Origin: the human T2T-CHM13v2.0 reference genome, Homo sapiens
Reading direction: 5' to 3' (one strand)
NCBI RefSeq assembly: GCF_009914755.1
Contig: NC_060931.1
DNA length: 64,000 nucleotides
Below are positions 1-15,936 of this stretch, in pieces. How positions within the stretch are numbered: the first letter of the stretch is position 1; every line of letters starts with the position of its first letter. The translations under genes and the position numbers were made by a program. The notes under the pieces were generated by a model that had not been told where the DNA came from, made no database searches, and saw only the letters and a program-made list of their open reading frames with translations.

Positions 1-555
1 CACCATCACTAACAATATCATTATCACCATCGTCATTACTGACACCATTGAACACTTTCTGGAGCTCCTCAGTGTTCTTTGTGTTTCATGTGTATTTACC
101 CTGCTATTCCTCACAATGACTCTAAGCAGAAAGAGGCAGAGCAGGAATGCTGGCAGGCTGTCTCCACCATCCACCTCACCTCCACCACGCTCTGCTGCTT
201 CCCCAGAAATAAGCCAAAGAAAGAACACCTCTACCAAAACGTCACATCACTGTGATGCATGATTACTTACATAATCTATGTAAAGGGAATACCTTGTTGT
301 TTCCAGGTAGCATGTACACAAAGGGATCAAAATGCAAATGTATATGACATATGTGAATTATTAGTAGAGAACACTATGAAATTGTCTATTTGGGGAGTGG
401 TCTCTATATAGTCTATTGAGAAAGAGAAAATCCTAGAGATTAACTACTCTAATGTACAAATTGTAAAGATCACGGCACTGAGGAACAGAAATAGGGTGCA
501 ACTGTCCAGGGCCACAGCTTCCTGTGGAGCAGCCCATCCCTGACTCTGCCAGGCT

Positions 556-872
556 CCCATCTACACTTGCAGTGACTGCCAGGACCCCATCTCAACTCAG
601 TGAGCAGAGTCCTCACATCCTGCCTCTGTCCCATCTAAACTTGCAGTGACTGCCAGGACCCCATCTCAACTCAGTGAGCAGCATCCTCCCATCCTGCCTC
701 TGCCTTGTCTACACCTGCAGTGACTATCAGGACCCCATCTCAACTCAATGAGCTGCAGCATCCCCACATCCTGCCTCTACCCCGTTCTACACCCACAGTG
801 ACTGTGCCCGGCTCCCAGCTCCAACTCAGTAAGCAGCACCCCCTACCCTGCTAATGCCCCATCTACACATGC
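556..872. repeat. Minisatellite, ~74-77 bp unit, ~4 copies
   Basis: cccatctacacttgcagtgactgccaggaccccatctcaactcagtgagcag... recurs at 556, 630, ~704, ~781, partial ~857. Confidence 0.9.
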
Positions 873-993
873 GGCAGCACGTAAGGAGATGGGCCAGGTC
901 CGTCCTCCTCCTACTACGCTGACAAGAGCAATGGCTAAAATGATTTCCTGTGAAGATACACAAACACACACAAATAAAAATCTAGCTCTTGTG

Positions 994-1295
<302 letters not shown>

Positions 1296-2182
1296 TCTAG
1301 CTCATGTGTTGTATCCCAATTCAGCCTGGTGTACTTACACAGGCTCTTTTTCCTTCACAGTGTCATGGGGTGTGCCAATTCTATGGTCCTACTGGAGGCT
1401 GGCCAATGTTGACTGAAGACAAGAACGCCCAACCTTGCAATAGAAACCCTGCTGTGCTGTTTTCCTGGATGGTCTCCACAAGCCCCGCTTCAAATCACAC
1501 TCATCTTACCAGGGCTACCAGCCACAGCGTCCTGCAGCCCCACGCTTGACAAAAGAAACCTAGAGGAAAGGTGTCCTTACCAATCTTTACCCCCGAAAGC
1601 CACCCACAGGGCAAGCCTCAGATAAGTCTCGTCGGGAAAGGGAAGGGGAAGAGCTCACCCGCAGGGACCTTCACCACCTCCAACAAACCAGATGTTTGTA
1701 AAGATACAAAGCTAACCACAAGTTAATACTCACCAAACTAAATACTTCTACCTTTTATTCCCTCCTTAATTCCACCAGTATTCATTAATACCCACAGCTG
1801 AAACATTTTGTAAGCCTATAAATATGTCCTGGACATCTACAACAGGGCAGAAACTGATCTGGACCTGGATACTATTGGGAACACAAAAAACATTCATGAA
1901 TGTACACTGCAGTGCAAGAGGAAAGGAAAATCAACAGGAACCGTGGATTCAATCAGGATGACCTGAGGTACAGGAAAGTAACTCCAGGAAGGTGCAGCGG
2001 GAGCCTAAAGGCGGAGGGAGGGTTCCACAGTCATTTCTGTATCGGGGGTCAAGAAAAGTCTGAAGAGACAAGAAGAAAAATAGCAGCAAATGGGTGAGAA
2101 GGTGACAGGGAGCTGGGTCACACAGCCTGAGGGAGGCCACCACCCAAAAGGCACTATAAAATTAATTGTTGAGGGCATCAAC

Positions 2183-2246
2183 CAATCAATAATCAATCAA
2201 TCAAGAATCAGTCAACAATAATCAATCAATCAAGAATCAGTCAACC
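2183..2246. repeat. (AATC)n-derived short tandem repeat
   Basis: aataatcaatcaatcaagaatcagtcaac twice. Confidence 0.8.
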
Positions 2247-2759
2247 AAGATAGTCACTCTCACAAACTCCAGTATTTGCACAGGCCTTTGTGGCAGGTTG
2301 ACTGGGGTTGCAGAGAGCCCAAGGCTCTTGGCTGCACCCAGCCTGCCTCCCACAGCACCATTTCCTCAGCCAGGTGCCTCCCAAAAGGGAAGTTAAACCC
2401 TCCAGACCACCCTCTGTTGAACACAAACTCAGGAATGGGGATAAGGCTCAAGATGCTCCCATTCGAGACAGAGCAGCCCTCTCTGTGCGCCCGTGTGGCA
2501 CAGGTAGGATTGGATGTCGCCGCAAGGTCCCTCCGCCGATGTCATAGGGCGGCCATCTCCATGCTCTTATCTATTTGCTGTTCTCACTCTCCTCACAGAT
2601 CCTCACCTCCCCACGCCAGATCTGCCCAAGAACACTGCAACACACTTCAAGACAACAGCCCCTAAAACTCTTGAAGTTTTCATCCCCAGATATTCAGTTT
2701 TACTCTTTCTCTCTTTCTTTCCACGTAATGATTTTCTTTTCTCGAAAAATAATCACTGG

Positions 2760-2917
2760 GGCCAGGCACAGAGGCCGACGCCTGAATTCCCAGCACTTTG
2801 GGAGGCAAAGTTGGCAGGCTTATTTGAGGTTATGAGTTGGAAAACAGCCTGGGCAACAGTAAGACCCCCATCTCTACAAGAAAGAATATAAATAAATAAG
2901 TAAATAAATAAATAAAT
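2760..2917 (+). mobile_element. Alu left monomer (FLAM-like)
   Basis: Single diverged left arm followed by (TAAA)n tail. Confidence 0.85.
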
Positions 2918-2959
2918 CATTATCCCCCTCAAGGGATTCTTATCGTATGGGCATGGTTC

Positions 2960-3330
2960 ACGTGCTCAGACATGAATCTGATCCTCACACAACCCCTTGA
3001 TGAGTATCAGTTATTGTCCTCATGTGGCAGACCGGGAAACTGAAGCACAGAGAGGCAGTGGAGCTAAGGTCTGAACTCACATCAGCCTGGCTCTGGAGAT
3101 CACAGGTTTAACCTTTGAGCCTCTCAGAAATCAATCGAGGTGGACTTAATCTTCACAAATAGGACACTGAATCAGCTGCGGCACTGACTAATGTTGATGA
3201 AGCACTCAGGAGCTGACAGAGTCCTTTTACGTCCCTTGACTCACATGTTCCTCCAAACAGCCTGTGAGTAGGGCCAGCCAGGCCTCACTGCCCACTTCAC
3301 AGTCCAGAGAATCAAGCCCAGAGTCAGTGA
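2960..3330. mobile_element. MIR fragments
   Basis: MIR core-like gggaaactgaagcacagagagg. Confidence 0.55.
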
Positions 3331-3924
3331 GACCCATTGAGGCCCCGCCTGCTGCTTCGTCTCAGGGCGCCAGCTCCCATCCCTAACATTACTTACATAA
3401 TCTATGTATAGGACGAACCTTGTTGTCTCTTTACCTTGTTGTCAACCTGCCCCCCATTTAAGATATCCCCCCCCAACACAAGGCACGGGTGCAAAGGAGA
3501 ATGTCTCTGCATCTCCATCAGATATTCAAAGGGATCATATTATACAATATTGCAGAATGAAAGGAAAGAAAGAAGATGGTACCAATCCCTCAAAAACATC
3601 TTAAGTCTAACTCAGGAAACCCTCTTAGTAATTGTCTCCTTCAAATACACATTTGGAAGGAAACAAGTCCCCCACCTCACTCAGTGTGTGAGCAGACCCC
3701 AGCGGTGGGGCCACTCATCACCATGTAAACCAGGAGCACCCTCCCAAGAACCCCAGTCCCCCACACACATGGGTGTGACTGTCCAGGACTTCTTTGTCCC
3801 TCACTAGCCCAGCAGCCCGGTGGCAGATGTCCACCTGTGTGTGGGTGGCCAGCACCTAACACAGTAGGCACCTCCTAGACCCATGCTAGCCACAGTGAGC
3901 TGGCTGGAGGGGCGAGGGTGATAG

Positions 3925-4499
<575 letters not shown>

Positions 4500-6860
4500 T
4501 GAACACCCAGAGAGTAGCATTACATCCATCTGAATAAACCAACAGAAAACAACCCCACAACTTAACATAAAATTCCAGATCACAGTTACTGCAAAACAAA
4601 TACTTGGATTTATGAGCTTGGCTACACTACTCAGTGAGTTTTAAAAATCAAAATCCACCAGCACAATCAACTAACACAACCCAGACGTCCCTGGCATGCA
4701 GAAACCTCAAATCCTGACAACCCAGACCGTTGAGAAACATCTGGGAGGGGTCCAGGCCTTCTTCCCAGCCACAGAGTTAGAAAACAGGAAGGATTTCAGA
4801 CAAAATCCACGAGTAAAGTCCGTGTGGAGGCGGCTGAGAAAGGCTTTGTATTGCAACAGAGGAGCAGAATTTAGAGGCAGGGAAGTGCTGCTTCCCATCG
4901 GATAACCACCACCGACCAGAAATTATTCAGATGAAATTTGGCCTGGGTGCCTCCTTCCCCTTTGGGAGCTTCTGGGAGATTCTGTCGTGTTGCCACCTCT
5001 CTGGATGGGGCAAGTCTGATGGGAGGGCTGAGCTCAGTTCCCCGGTAGAAGTCAACCCCAGGGTGGGGCTGGGCTTGCCCTCAGGGTTGGGGGACTCACC
5101 ACCTCCAATTGTTCTGGAAAGAACTTTGGAAATAACATCTGGAGCCATTTCACATGGATTTGCCAGAGAAGAGCGGATCAATGAGCCAGGTGTTTATCTG
5201 CACAAATTCATCTGGATTGTCATGCAACTTACATTCCCTGTGCACCTACTGGGCTCTAGGCCCTTTGCTGAGACTCAGGATACCCAAGAAACAGCAGTGC
5301 ATCGCATCATAGTAGGGGCAGTCGGCCCAGGGGAGCAGATAGATTCATAAACAAATGATCAGAACACAGCAGTTCCTCCATCGTCCTGACAATGCCCACA
5401 CTCCCTGCCCCACCCACCTCCCAGAATTGCCTGTCCCTCCTCTGTGCTCCCAAGGAGGCTGCAAATACCTCTGATAAAGCACTCCTCACACGGGATCCTG
5501 TTCCTGCTCACTACTCCAGCCCACTAGACTCCGAGCCCTTCGAAGCCTTGGTCACCGTGGGCATCGCAATGCACCAGCTGCCGCACCTGCTCAGTAAAAG
5601 TGTGCTGGTGAGGGTTCACCCTGCAAGACAAGACAGCACTCCACTTTGGGACGGAGGTGTCTGCCCTGTGCACAGGCATCTGGTGAACAACACAGAGCCA
5701 GCCCCTCATGCCTCCTGGGCTCCAGCTGAGGGCAGAGAATCACTGCCCCAGTGAACATCCGGATGGCTGGCTAGTCACTGGCCATGGATAGTTCTGGAGG
5801 GAAAAGGGCAGATGCTAGGGGACACAGCGGCAGGGCAGGGAGGCACCTTCCTGAGGACCTGGTGCTTGAGCTGAAACCTAAAGGATGAGGGTCAGCAGGC
5901 AGAGCAGCACAGTCCAGCAAGAGGTCAAAAATGAGCCCTGTGCAGCCGGCCTCTCAAAGCACCGGGGGGAGTCAGGAGAGACCAAATAAGGCAGGCACAG
6001 CCTCAAAGGGCCACCATGAGGATGCAGGCACAGGTTCTTCCCGCTGGATGGTTTACAGTTTCCCAGAGCCGTTCTCTGAGTACAAACAGGAGAGGAGCGG
6101 AGAGGCAAACAGGAGACTGGATCTCAAGGGCATCCCAGCCTGGGCAGACAAAGGGCCAGACCCAGGGAAGCTGGGTTAGGAAGGAGGAATGGGAGGTCTG
6201 CACGGCGATGGAGACCGGGGCCCAGCCTCCAGGAAGAAGGCCAGCAAGGGTGGAGCAGCAGGCAGGGCTGGGGGCCAAAGCCTGGCCAGGGGCTCTCCCA
6301 TTCAGTGGATCTGGGTCCCAGGTATCAGCAGGGATGGGATGCCCGCCCCCCAAAAGTGGGGACACCATATCCCCCGCCTTCTCACAGGCAAGCAGGATCA
6401 TAGATTTGTTGCTTGCATTAAGTTAGAAAACTAAAGCCTCTGTGCATCAGCAGCCTTTGCAGGCCTAGGGCTCTCGACGGGTGACATTCCCTGGTGTGTC
6501 TCCCTAAGGCATTTCAGATCTGCCCACCTCTGAGCCGCAAGCCTCTGCACTGGTAGTCCATCCCACCCACACCCCCAGGCCAGCCTCACAGCCTCCACGT
6601 AACTTCCGACCCCCCAGTACTCCTGCTCTGATGATGGGGGCTTATCTCAGCCGCCTCAGCCTACACCATGACACCTCCTGTCCACAGGGCCCCTTGGCCT
6701 CAACAGACCATGGCACCTCAGGCTTGGGAGCATCCCTGAACACCTCCTGGTCTCTAGCACACACATTAACTTAACATAACTGAAAAAGCTAATGAAAACA
6801 ATCATGTCTAAAAGACTTCTGAAACATGGAATCCTGTATGTTTTTTATAAAGAGTTTCTA

Positions 6861-7573
<713 letters not shown>

Positions 7574-8739
7574 ACAGGGCACACGTGAGGCAGTTCCAAA
7601 AAACTATCCCACAGAAAGAAGAAGACAGACACTTCTCCAACAGAAGTCCTCAAGATCTCAGTGCACATATGCCCAAGGGCACAACACTCACCACATGCTA
7701 AAGTCAACAGCGCCAGAAACCAGAGGTGGGCCCGTCCCTTGAGTCAGAATGCCTCTGCCTCCAACGGTGCCCATGGCTGCTGTTTCCTCCCAATGCCTCC
7801 ACCAAGTGCCTTGAGTGGGGGTCCCTCCTCGGGGATGGAGCCTGCAAGTGCTCCCTGAAGGGCGGTGGCCCTCCTTCCTCCAGAAGGCAAAGGTTTTCCT
7901 TCATCTGGGCCAGTTCCTGGTTCCTTCTCCTGATAATGGACCTCCTGCCATGAACTCAACAGGACATGCAGCTTCCCAAGCCTACCACATCCTCAGCTTC
8001 TGCCAGTTCTCTCTGCAAAAAGCAGCTGTGTGCTTGCCACCACCCACCACAAAGAAAGGACCCAGGGACCATGGGGACAGACCCTACTGAAGCCCACCAG
8101 GCCAGAGGGCTCAAGGCAGAAGAGCTTCACCATATGGGACTGCTAAGAGGAGAGCAAGGAGTGAGGGAGGAATTCAGACACAGACACACAAGAACACACA
8201 TGCATGCACTGCAGGCACCCAGGCTGGAAAGGTGAACGCAACTCACCACACCACCCCCAGGATTCACAGCCAGCAAGCTCAGGGCAACTCTTTGGGGAGA
8301 AGCTGAACCAGCGCCCTCTGAGAGGCGGCACATCCAGGGTGCAGTGCAGCACTGCCTGCCAGCACGAAGCAGCCGTCCCCTGGGGAGGCGGTGGTCCCGT
8401 CCTGCCTCACTGGCCTGGCAGACCAGGCCCTTTCACGTACACCCCTCCCTGAGTCCCAGCTCTGCACCACTGGATCTGCATTTTCATGCCCATTTTAGGG
8501 TTGAGAAAATGGGCTTCATAAAAGCCTACTGTCCAAAACTGCCCAGGGTGTGAGTGGCACAGCCAGAACTTGACCCCACATCCTGATCTCTTTCTACTGC
8601 CTCTAGACAAGACATCCCATCCTAGCTGAGGCGCCCAGAGCCACGAACAGGGACACAGCAGGAGCAGGTGCCTGTGTGTCCATAATGCCTGCATCCTGGC
8701 TGCCCCTGGAAAGGAACCAGCTTAAAAAAGGCAATGGGA

Positions 8740-9059
<320 letters not shown>

Positions 9060-9879
9060 ATGGGAGCAGCCATGCATCCCTGCGGTGGAAAGTAAGCTGT
9101 AGGGGAGGAGGAGGTAAAGAAGAAAGGGATAAACCAGGCGTGAGGAGAGGGGTGAAGTCACCTAACATCATAGCTGTCCATGAGTGATTTTCTTCAAGGG
9201 ATGAAAAAAGGTACATGGCTGTTTTTTCCCTTGTTACCTCCACTGACCAAAAATCTATTTCACCAGTGAGAAAAACCAGTGCTACACTGGGTTCCCTGGA
9301 GTAGAGGAGCATTAGCCAAACAGGACAGGAGATAATGCTGCACGAGGACAGAGCTGGCAGCCCCGTTGCTTGTCCATGTTGGGTACGTGTGGGGTCCTCC
9401 AGGCCAAAGTGGGCCTTGAATCCTCGGAGGTGACGCTCTAGGTGTCTCGCTGCCTCCCACCGAAGCAGAACTCCAGAGAGTTCCAAGAGGAGGCGGGAAA
9501 GCATCATTACCAACAGAAACCAGTAGATGGGCCACGGGGCCACCACACTGGGCTTTGTTCTCGTGAGTGCCTGGATGTTGCCAGAAGCGTGTGAAATTTA
9601 AACCATTATCTGGAGACAGCATGCCTTACTGCATCTTCCTTAACAACCAGGTGACACACAGCAAGATAAGCCTGTTGAACATCTTGTCCAGATAGGGCAC
9701 TATTTATTCCCTCTCTTCTCTTTCAAGAACAAAAGCTGCTCCTGTGTGCATGCACATTTTCTCTGTTTCTATCTCCCTCAAGATAAGATAATGGACGTCA
9801 TAGAGCAGCTGAACTCTACAAAGTGGTCTGAACAGGAGGGATGCTCTCACATGTTCCCTCACAATGTGGAATATCTGTG

Positions 9880-10045
9880 CGCTCAAGCAAATGCATTCAC
9901 TCAGACGCATGCACGCATGCACACACATGCAATCACAGGTGTGTGCACTGCTTGTCCTCATATGCATGAACTCAATCATGCATGCATGCACTGCACACAT
10001 AGCCATGCATATGTGCACCCACACACTCAGGCACATACACACCAC
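9880..10045. repeat. Degenerate (CA/TG)n low-complexity tract
   Basis: catgcacgcatgcacacacatgc... Confidence 0.75.
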
Positions 10046-11169
10046 TCTGGCAGGCCTCCTCACCCCTCCGTAATATTTCACACGCCACATATTTAAAATA
10101 CCACAAAACAGAGTTCATTTGGAATCAGAGGATCAATCTGGGGTCCTTCCCTGGCCCTTCTGAGTGTGTGCAACTGCAGGACAGAGGAAGAGACACAAGT
10201 CCCAACCCAGGGAAGGCACCAAGACAATGATCCTCCAGATAAAGAAAGAAGACAGGCTCCCCGCCGTCCAAGACGTGCTTGCGCGTTTCACAGCTGGAGG
10301 CCGTGCTTTCTCCAAGCTCTTCTCTTTCGTTGGTTCCATTTACTCTGAAAATAGTCAATACTACTTAAATGGCAGGAACAGAATACTGAAGTATTAAAAA
10401 GGATGTCTGAGATAACTCTTCAGTAAACTCAGTTCTCTTTTATACAAAGAAGGAAAAATTACTCCTCAAGCAGTATAACCAACCTAGTGCAGCCCAAGCC
10501 ACTGTGGTAAGTTGTGCAAAAGGCCTCTGTGTCTAAGGAGCTCCCCCACTGGATTACAGCTCAAGGATGTGTGGTGCAGAGGCTAACCAAACACACATGC
10601 GGCATCAGCCATGTGGAGCTACCCACAGTGGGTTCCCTTCAGAGCAATCCTAACACCAGCAACAAACCTAAGTACCACAACGCTGGCTGTGCACTTTAAG
10701 CCTGACTTCTGCCCTTGGAACAGCCCTTACCCTAAGTCCTAGACCCAGAGTGAGGAGACTTTGCCCCTGTCAGGGGCAGGGCCAGGACCCAGCTCTGTCT
10801 GACCTCCACCTTTGCTCCTAAATCAGACCTGTCCCCACATAGCATCTGACAGGCAGAAGTCAGTTCATGGGGAACCTTCGGCTGTGCAACTTTGCCTGGG
10901 ACGTCATCACAGGGTGAGGAAGCCGAGAACAAGCCCAGGTGTCCCTGCTGATGCCATGCTGCTCATGACAGCTCTCCCAGTATCGCCCAATGGCTCCGCT
11001 GGCACAGGACCAGGGCTCTCGGATCAACACCAGGCCCTGACAGCTCTGATTCCCAGGTTCTCTGTGCTGCTGGTTTCATGGTTCCAATTCAACCACGACT
11101 TTCCTTTTCCTTCTTTTCACACTTGGGAGTCAAAGTTAGAGACCAAAATTTTAAAATATGAGCATTTCT

Positions 11170-11483
<314 letters not shown>

Positions 11484-11850
11484 AAAATATGAGCATTTCT
11501 ATGAGAATGACATTCAAAGATGGGGAGACTCCTTGGGCTTCTATTTTTGCCATGTTCCTGGAAAGGCACAAAGCCCCTACTGGACCCTGTAGGGTATGTG
11601 GGACACAGAGGGGCTGCTGTATTTGCCCACAGACATTTTAGAGCAAGCTTGATGGAGGACGCCTGTCCGAGAGCATCAGTGCAATTTCTCATCACCTTAC
11701 ACCTGCAGGCCCCAAACACAAAGGGCCACCACATTTGGCTGACATGGCCCTCCTGAACTGGACAAGCTATGCAGGGGAATGGCCAGTGACAGGCCACAGC
11801 ATTCACAGATGACCAAGATATCACCTAGTGCAGTGCCGTTTGCAAGTATG

Positions 11851-12142
11851 GGCTTAAAACAATGGCTCAAACCTGTAATCCCAGCACTTTGGGAGGCTAA
11901 GGCAGGAGAATCACTTGAGGCCAAGAGTTTAAGAGCAGCCTGGACAACATAATGAGACTGTCTCTAAAAAAGTAAGAAAATTAGCTAGGCATGTGGCGCA
12001 TGCCTATAGTCCAGCTACTGGAGTGGCTGAGGTGGGAGGATGGCTTGGGCCAGGAGGTCAAGGCTGCAGTGAGCCCTGATCATCCCACTGCACTCCTACC
12101 TGGATGACAGAGCGAGACCCTGTCTCCAAAAAAAAAAAAAAA
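11851..12142 (+). mobile_element. AluJ
   Basis: Diverged dimer with J-type right arm (ggaggtcaaggctgcagtgagc). Confidence 0.9.
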
Positions 12143-13255
12143 AGTTTTGAATCACAGGATGTCCTATCAGTTGGCTCAGAGTACACTACAGCCCGTGTTC
12201 TCTGCCTTGGATGCAGATCTAGATGAATTACACAGGTGGCTCCCTGGTCTCTGGCTTCTACTTAGCGACCAGGGTGGCCGGTACCCACCACTCATCCAAC
12301 ACATTCTTCAGCACTGACTTCTCCAAGGGGCCGAATCAGAGGAGGGGCACCCCAGTCTTCTCACCCACACTCAGGCCTTTGAACTGTAAAAGAATCCCAA
12401 GAGCCCCTTAGAGGCCCCTGGTCACATCCTCAACCCATTAAGGTTTGACTGCGTGCATCGTTCCATCACAGGCACCCTACTCTAAAGTGGCCATCAGGGA
12501 CCATCTGCTGGGGGTCTGCAGGGAAGGAGGCACTGAGGGGGAGGTCCTAACAGCACAGAAGCCCACAGGCTGAGACTCTGCACATTTTCTAGAGGAAATC
12601 CCCAACCCCGCAGATGAAATGATGCCAAAGAGCAGCCCCCGCACTCTCCAAGGACCTGGTCCTCCTAGTGACTCCCTCTGTGTGGTGTACCCCACTGGTC
12701 CGCCAAGCAGCCCCTGCCCCCCACCACTCCCACATTCATTACAGTCACACCTCTCTTACTAGATTTATTAATGTGCAGTCACAAAAGAATTGGCAAGTTC
12801 CATTCATTACTTGACGTCTAAATATCTGGTACCCAAGCTGGTGGCTTAGTTTAGTGACAGGATCTGAAAGGGGCCATACCAAAATGAACCCGAAATCTAA
12901 AGATAGAAACATTTCATTCGCAAACTTGAGTAACAGATCTGAAAGTCAAACTAAACAACCTGAGTTACTGACACTTCAGAGCAGACCTGAGAATAAATGA
13001 TTAATTTACAAATTGCTGCCTCCTCTCCCATCGGGAAACTCTGCTCTTTCTGTAAAAATGTCCTCATGAGCACTTATCTATGTAAATACGGTTGGCCCCT
13101 GCTAAGTAAGGGGGTAGGGGGTTGGGGGACATATAAACTAAGAAGGGGAATTCCATGATTTAACTTTCGGAAACTCCTGAAAAAAAGTTTTCGTTTTGTT
13201 TCTTGTTTGTTTTGCTCTGGATTAATCAGTGAGAGAATCATAAACACAGACTTAC

Positions 13256-13367
13256 CTCGGCATGAAATACCTTGACCGTCAATAATTTGTTTGCAAACTC
13301 CACACACTTTGGATTTTTTAAAGGCCTTGTTCTTAAAAGCGTGCAGACTCGAGGTTAATTCTTCCGG
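13256..13367 (-). CDS. TNS3: Tensin 3 internal exon encoding N-terminal part of a C1 (PKC-like zinc finger) domain: PEELTSSLHAFKNKAFKKSKVCGVCKQIIDGQGISCR; 5'UTR in canonical isoform
   Basis: Acceptor ttgacaatttcttcctttactttttcag|CCG, donor GAG|gtaagt, 112 nt, phase 0 to phase 1, no stop, H-x12-C-x2-C-x10-C pattern. Confidence 0.9.
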
Positions 13368-14761
13368 CTGAAAAAGTAAAGGAAGAAATTGTCAACGTTT
13401 CATCTCATAGTTTGTTTCTTTTTCCTTTTCATTTAAGGGAAATAATAAATCTAGTGGAATTGTAAAGAGCAAAAACAGGAATTTTACCAAGCAAACAGAG
13501 AACAAGAAACCATCTTGGTGATGCTAAAATTCCCAAGACGACCCACGGATACCATGTTAGCATTCCCAATTCCAGAGTCCTAGACGGACGTTCACTCTCA
13601 CCCAACTCATCAATCACCACATGGGGTGCCTAGAAACATTACATCAACCAACATCATTATGTGAAAATGCACTCCCTTCCAGACTTCAGCCGTAGAGCCA
13701 CCTACTTCTGTGACAAAGTAATCCACATACACTTCTAGACTCTCAACCCTTTTTCTTCTGGAAAAAGTAATTAGCTAAACAGCATAATTATGTTATGAGG
13801 AAGTCAACTGGCTTTCCTGGTTCAAAGGTGTTCCAGAATCACCATTAAGCTCTTGAGCCTCTCTGAGCTCTCCTGCAGAAGAAGAGACAGTCCAGCCTGT
13901 GATACACATGTGGTTCTTCCTCAAACACAATTACAAGCATTAGCACTTGGAAAAACTAACCACTCAGCTACCTATTCATGTTTGTAGAGCCAAGGCTCTC
14001 AGCTATATGATAACCTTATAAGAATTCAATTTGCTTTTAGAGTCAAGCACTAATCATATCTATTTGCTGATATGTGACCGTGTATTCTATCAGTACTTAA
14101 TATCCATATGGATTCAGTGAGGCCATTACTCACCCACTGGAATAATTAAATTTATTTGAAAAGATAAAATGGTATTTAGAATGTGGAATAAATGGTACAA
14201 CTACTTTAGAAAATGGTTTGACAATTTCTTATAAACTTAAACATACACCTAACCTATGACTCAGCAATTCCATTCTTATTTACACTAAAGAGAAATAAAA
14301 GCCTATGTCCACAAGAGAAAGAAAGGTCATAACAGCTTTATATAACCCAAATGTCCATCATAATAACTATTCTATATGCTAGAAAGTTAAGTAGAGATCT
14401 GAAAAACATAAAAAGATCCAAATCAAACATTCATTGAGGAAAATGTAAGAATACAGTGCAAGATACACTGGATGCGATTACTGGCAGATTAGATCCTGCA
14501 GAAGCACAGGTGAATGAACTTGAAGACATCACAGTACGAACCTCCCAACGCAAAGCACACAGAGATGAGACAACCTAAATAAACAAATAAACAAGCATCA
14601 GTAAGCTGTGGGAGAACTTTAACCAACATAACATATGTGTAATGGAGACTGACAGAGAAGGGCAGGGAAGGGGGGATATTTGAAAAAATAATGGCTGAAA
14701 CTTTTTCAAACCAGGAGGAAAACTATAAACCCACAGATCCAAGAAACTCAAGAAATTTCTT

Positions 14762-15111
<350 letters not shown>

Positions 15112-15318
15112 CTAGCACAAGAAATGTGACAGGAACTACCCCAAGGCATACAATAATCAAATTGCTTAAACCCAGTAACAAAGAGAAAGATCTTAAAAAC
15201 AACCACGGGGCCAAAAGACACATTACATGCAGGGAACCAACCAATAGGATAACAGGTTTCTCATTGTTTTAAAAAATATAAGTGAGAAGACAGCAGTATA
15301 ATAGGAAATACTGAAAGA

Positions 15319-15538
15319 TGGACACAAAGAAGGGAACAGACACCAGGGCCTACTTGAGGGTGGAGGGTGGAAGGAGGGTGAAGATTGAAAAACTACCTAT
15401 CGAGTACTACGCTTATTACCTGGAGGAGGAAATAATCTGTACACCAAACCCCCACAACACACAATTTACCTATATAATAAACCTGCACATGTACCCTGAA
15501 TCTAAAAGTTAAAAAAATAAACAAAATAGAATAAAACA
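15319..15538 (+). mobile_element. 5'-truncated L1PA/PB 3' end
   Basis: L1 3'UTR motif aacctgcacatgtaccc, A-rich tail, TSD aaatactgaaaga. Confidence 0.85.
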
Positions 15539-15936
15539 AAATACTGAAAGAAAACTTGTCAATCTAGAATCCTGTACCCAATAAAAATAGCTCTTCAAAA
15601 TAAAAGTGAACCAAAAACTTCTTAAAATATGCAAAAAAAGATATACAATTAAAGCCCAAAAAAAATCATCACCAGCTGACACGTATGACATATTAAAGAC
15701 AGTGCTTGGGCAAAAAGGACATGGCAGATGGAATTATGGCTTTACACCAACAGATGAAGAGCACCAGAAATGCTAATTACACAGGTAAATTTATGAGTTT
15801 TTCTTATTATTTAAAGCTCACCAAAAGATAATTAACTGTTTAAACAATAGTGTAATGTGACATGTGACATATGTAAAAGTAAATTTTCTGAAAAAATAGC
15901 ACAAAGTTCAGGAAAGAAGAAAAGGAAATATACTAT

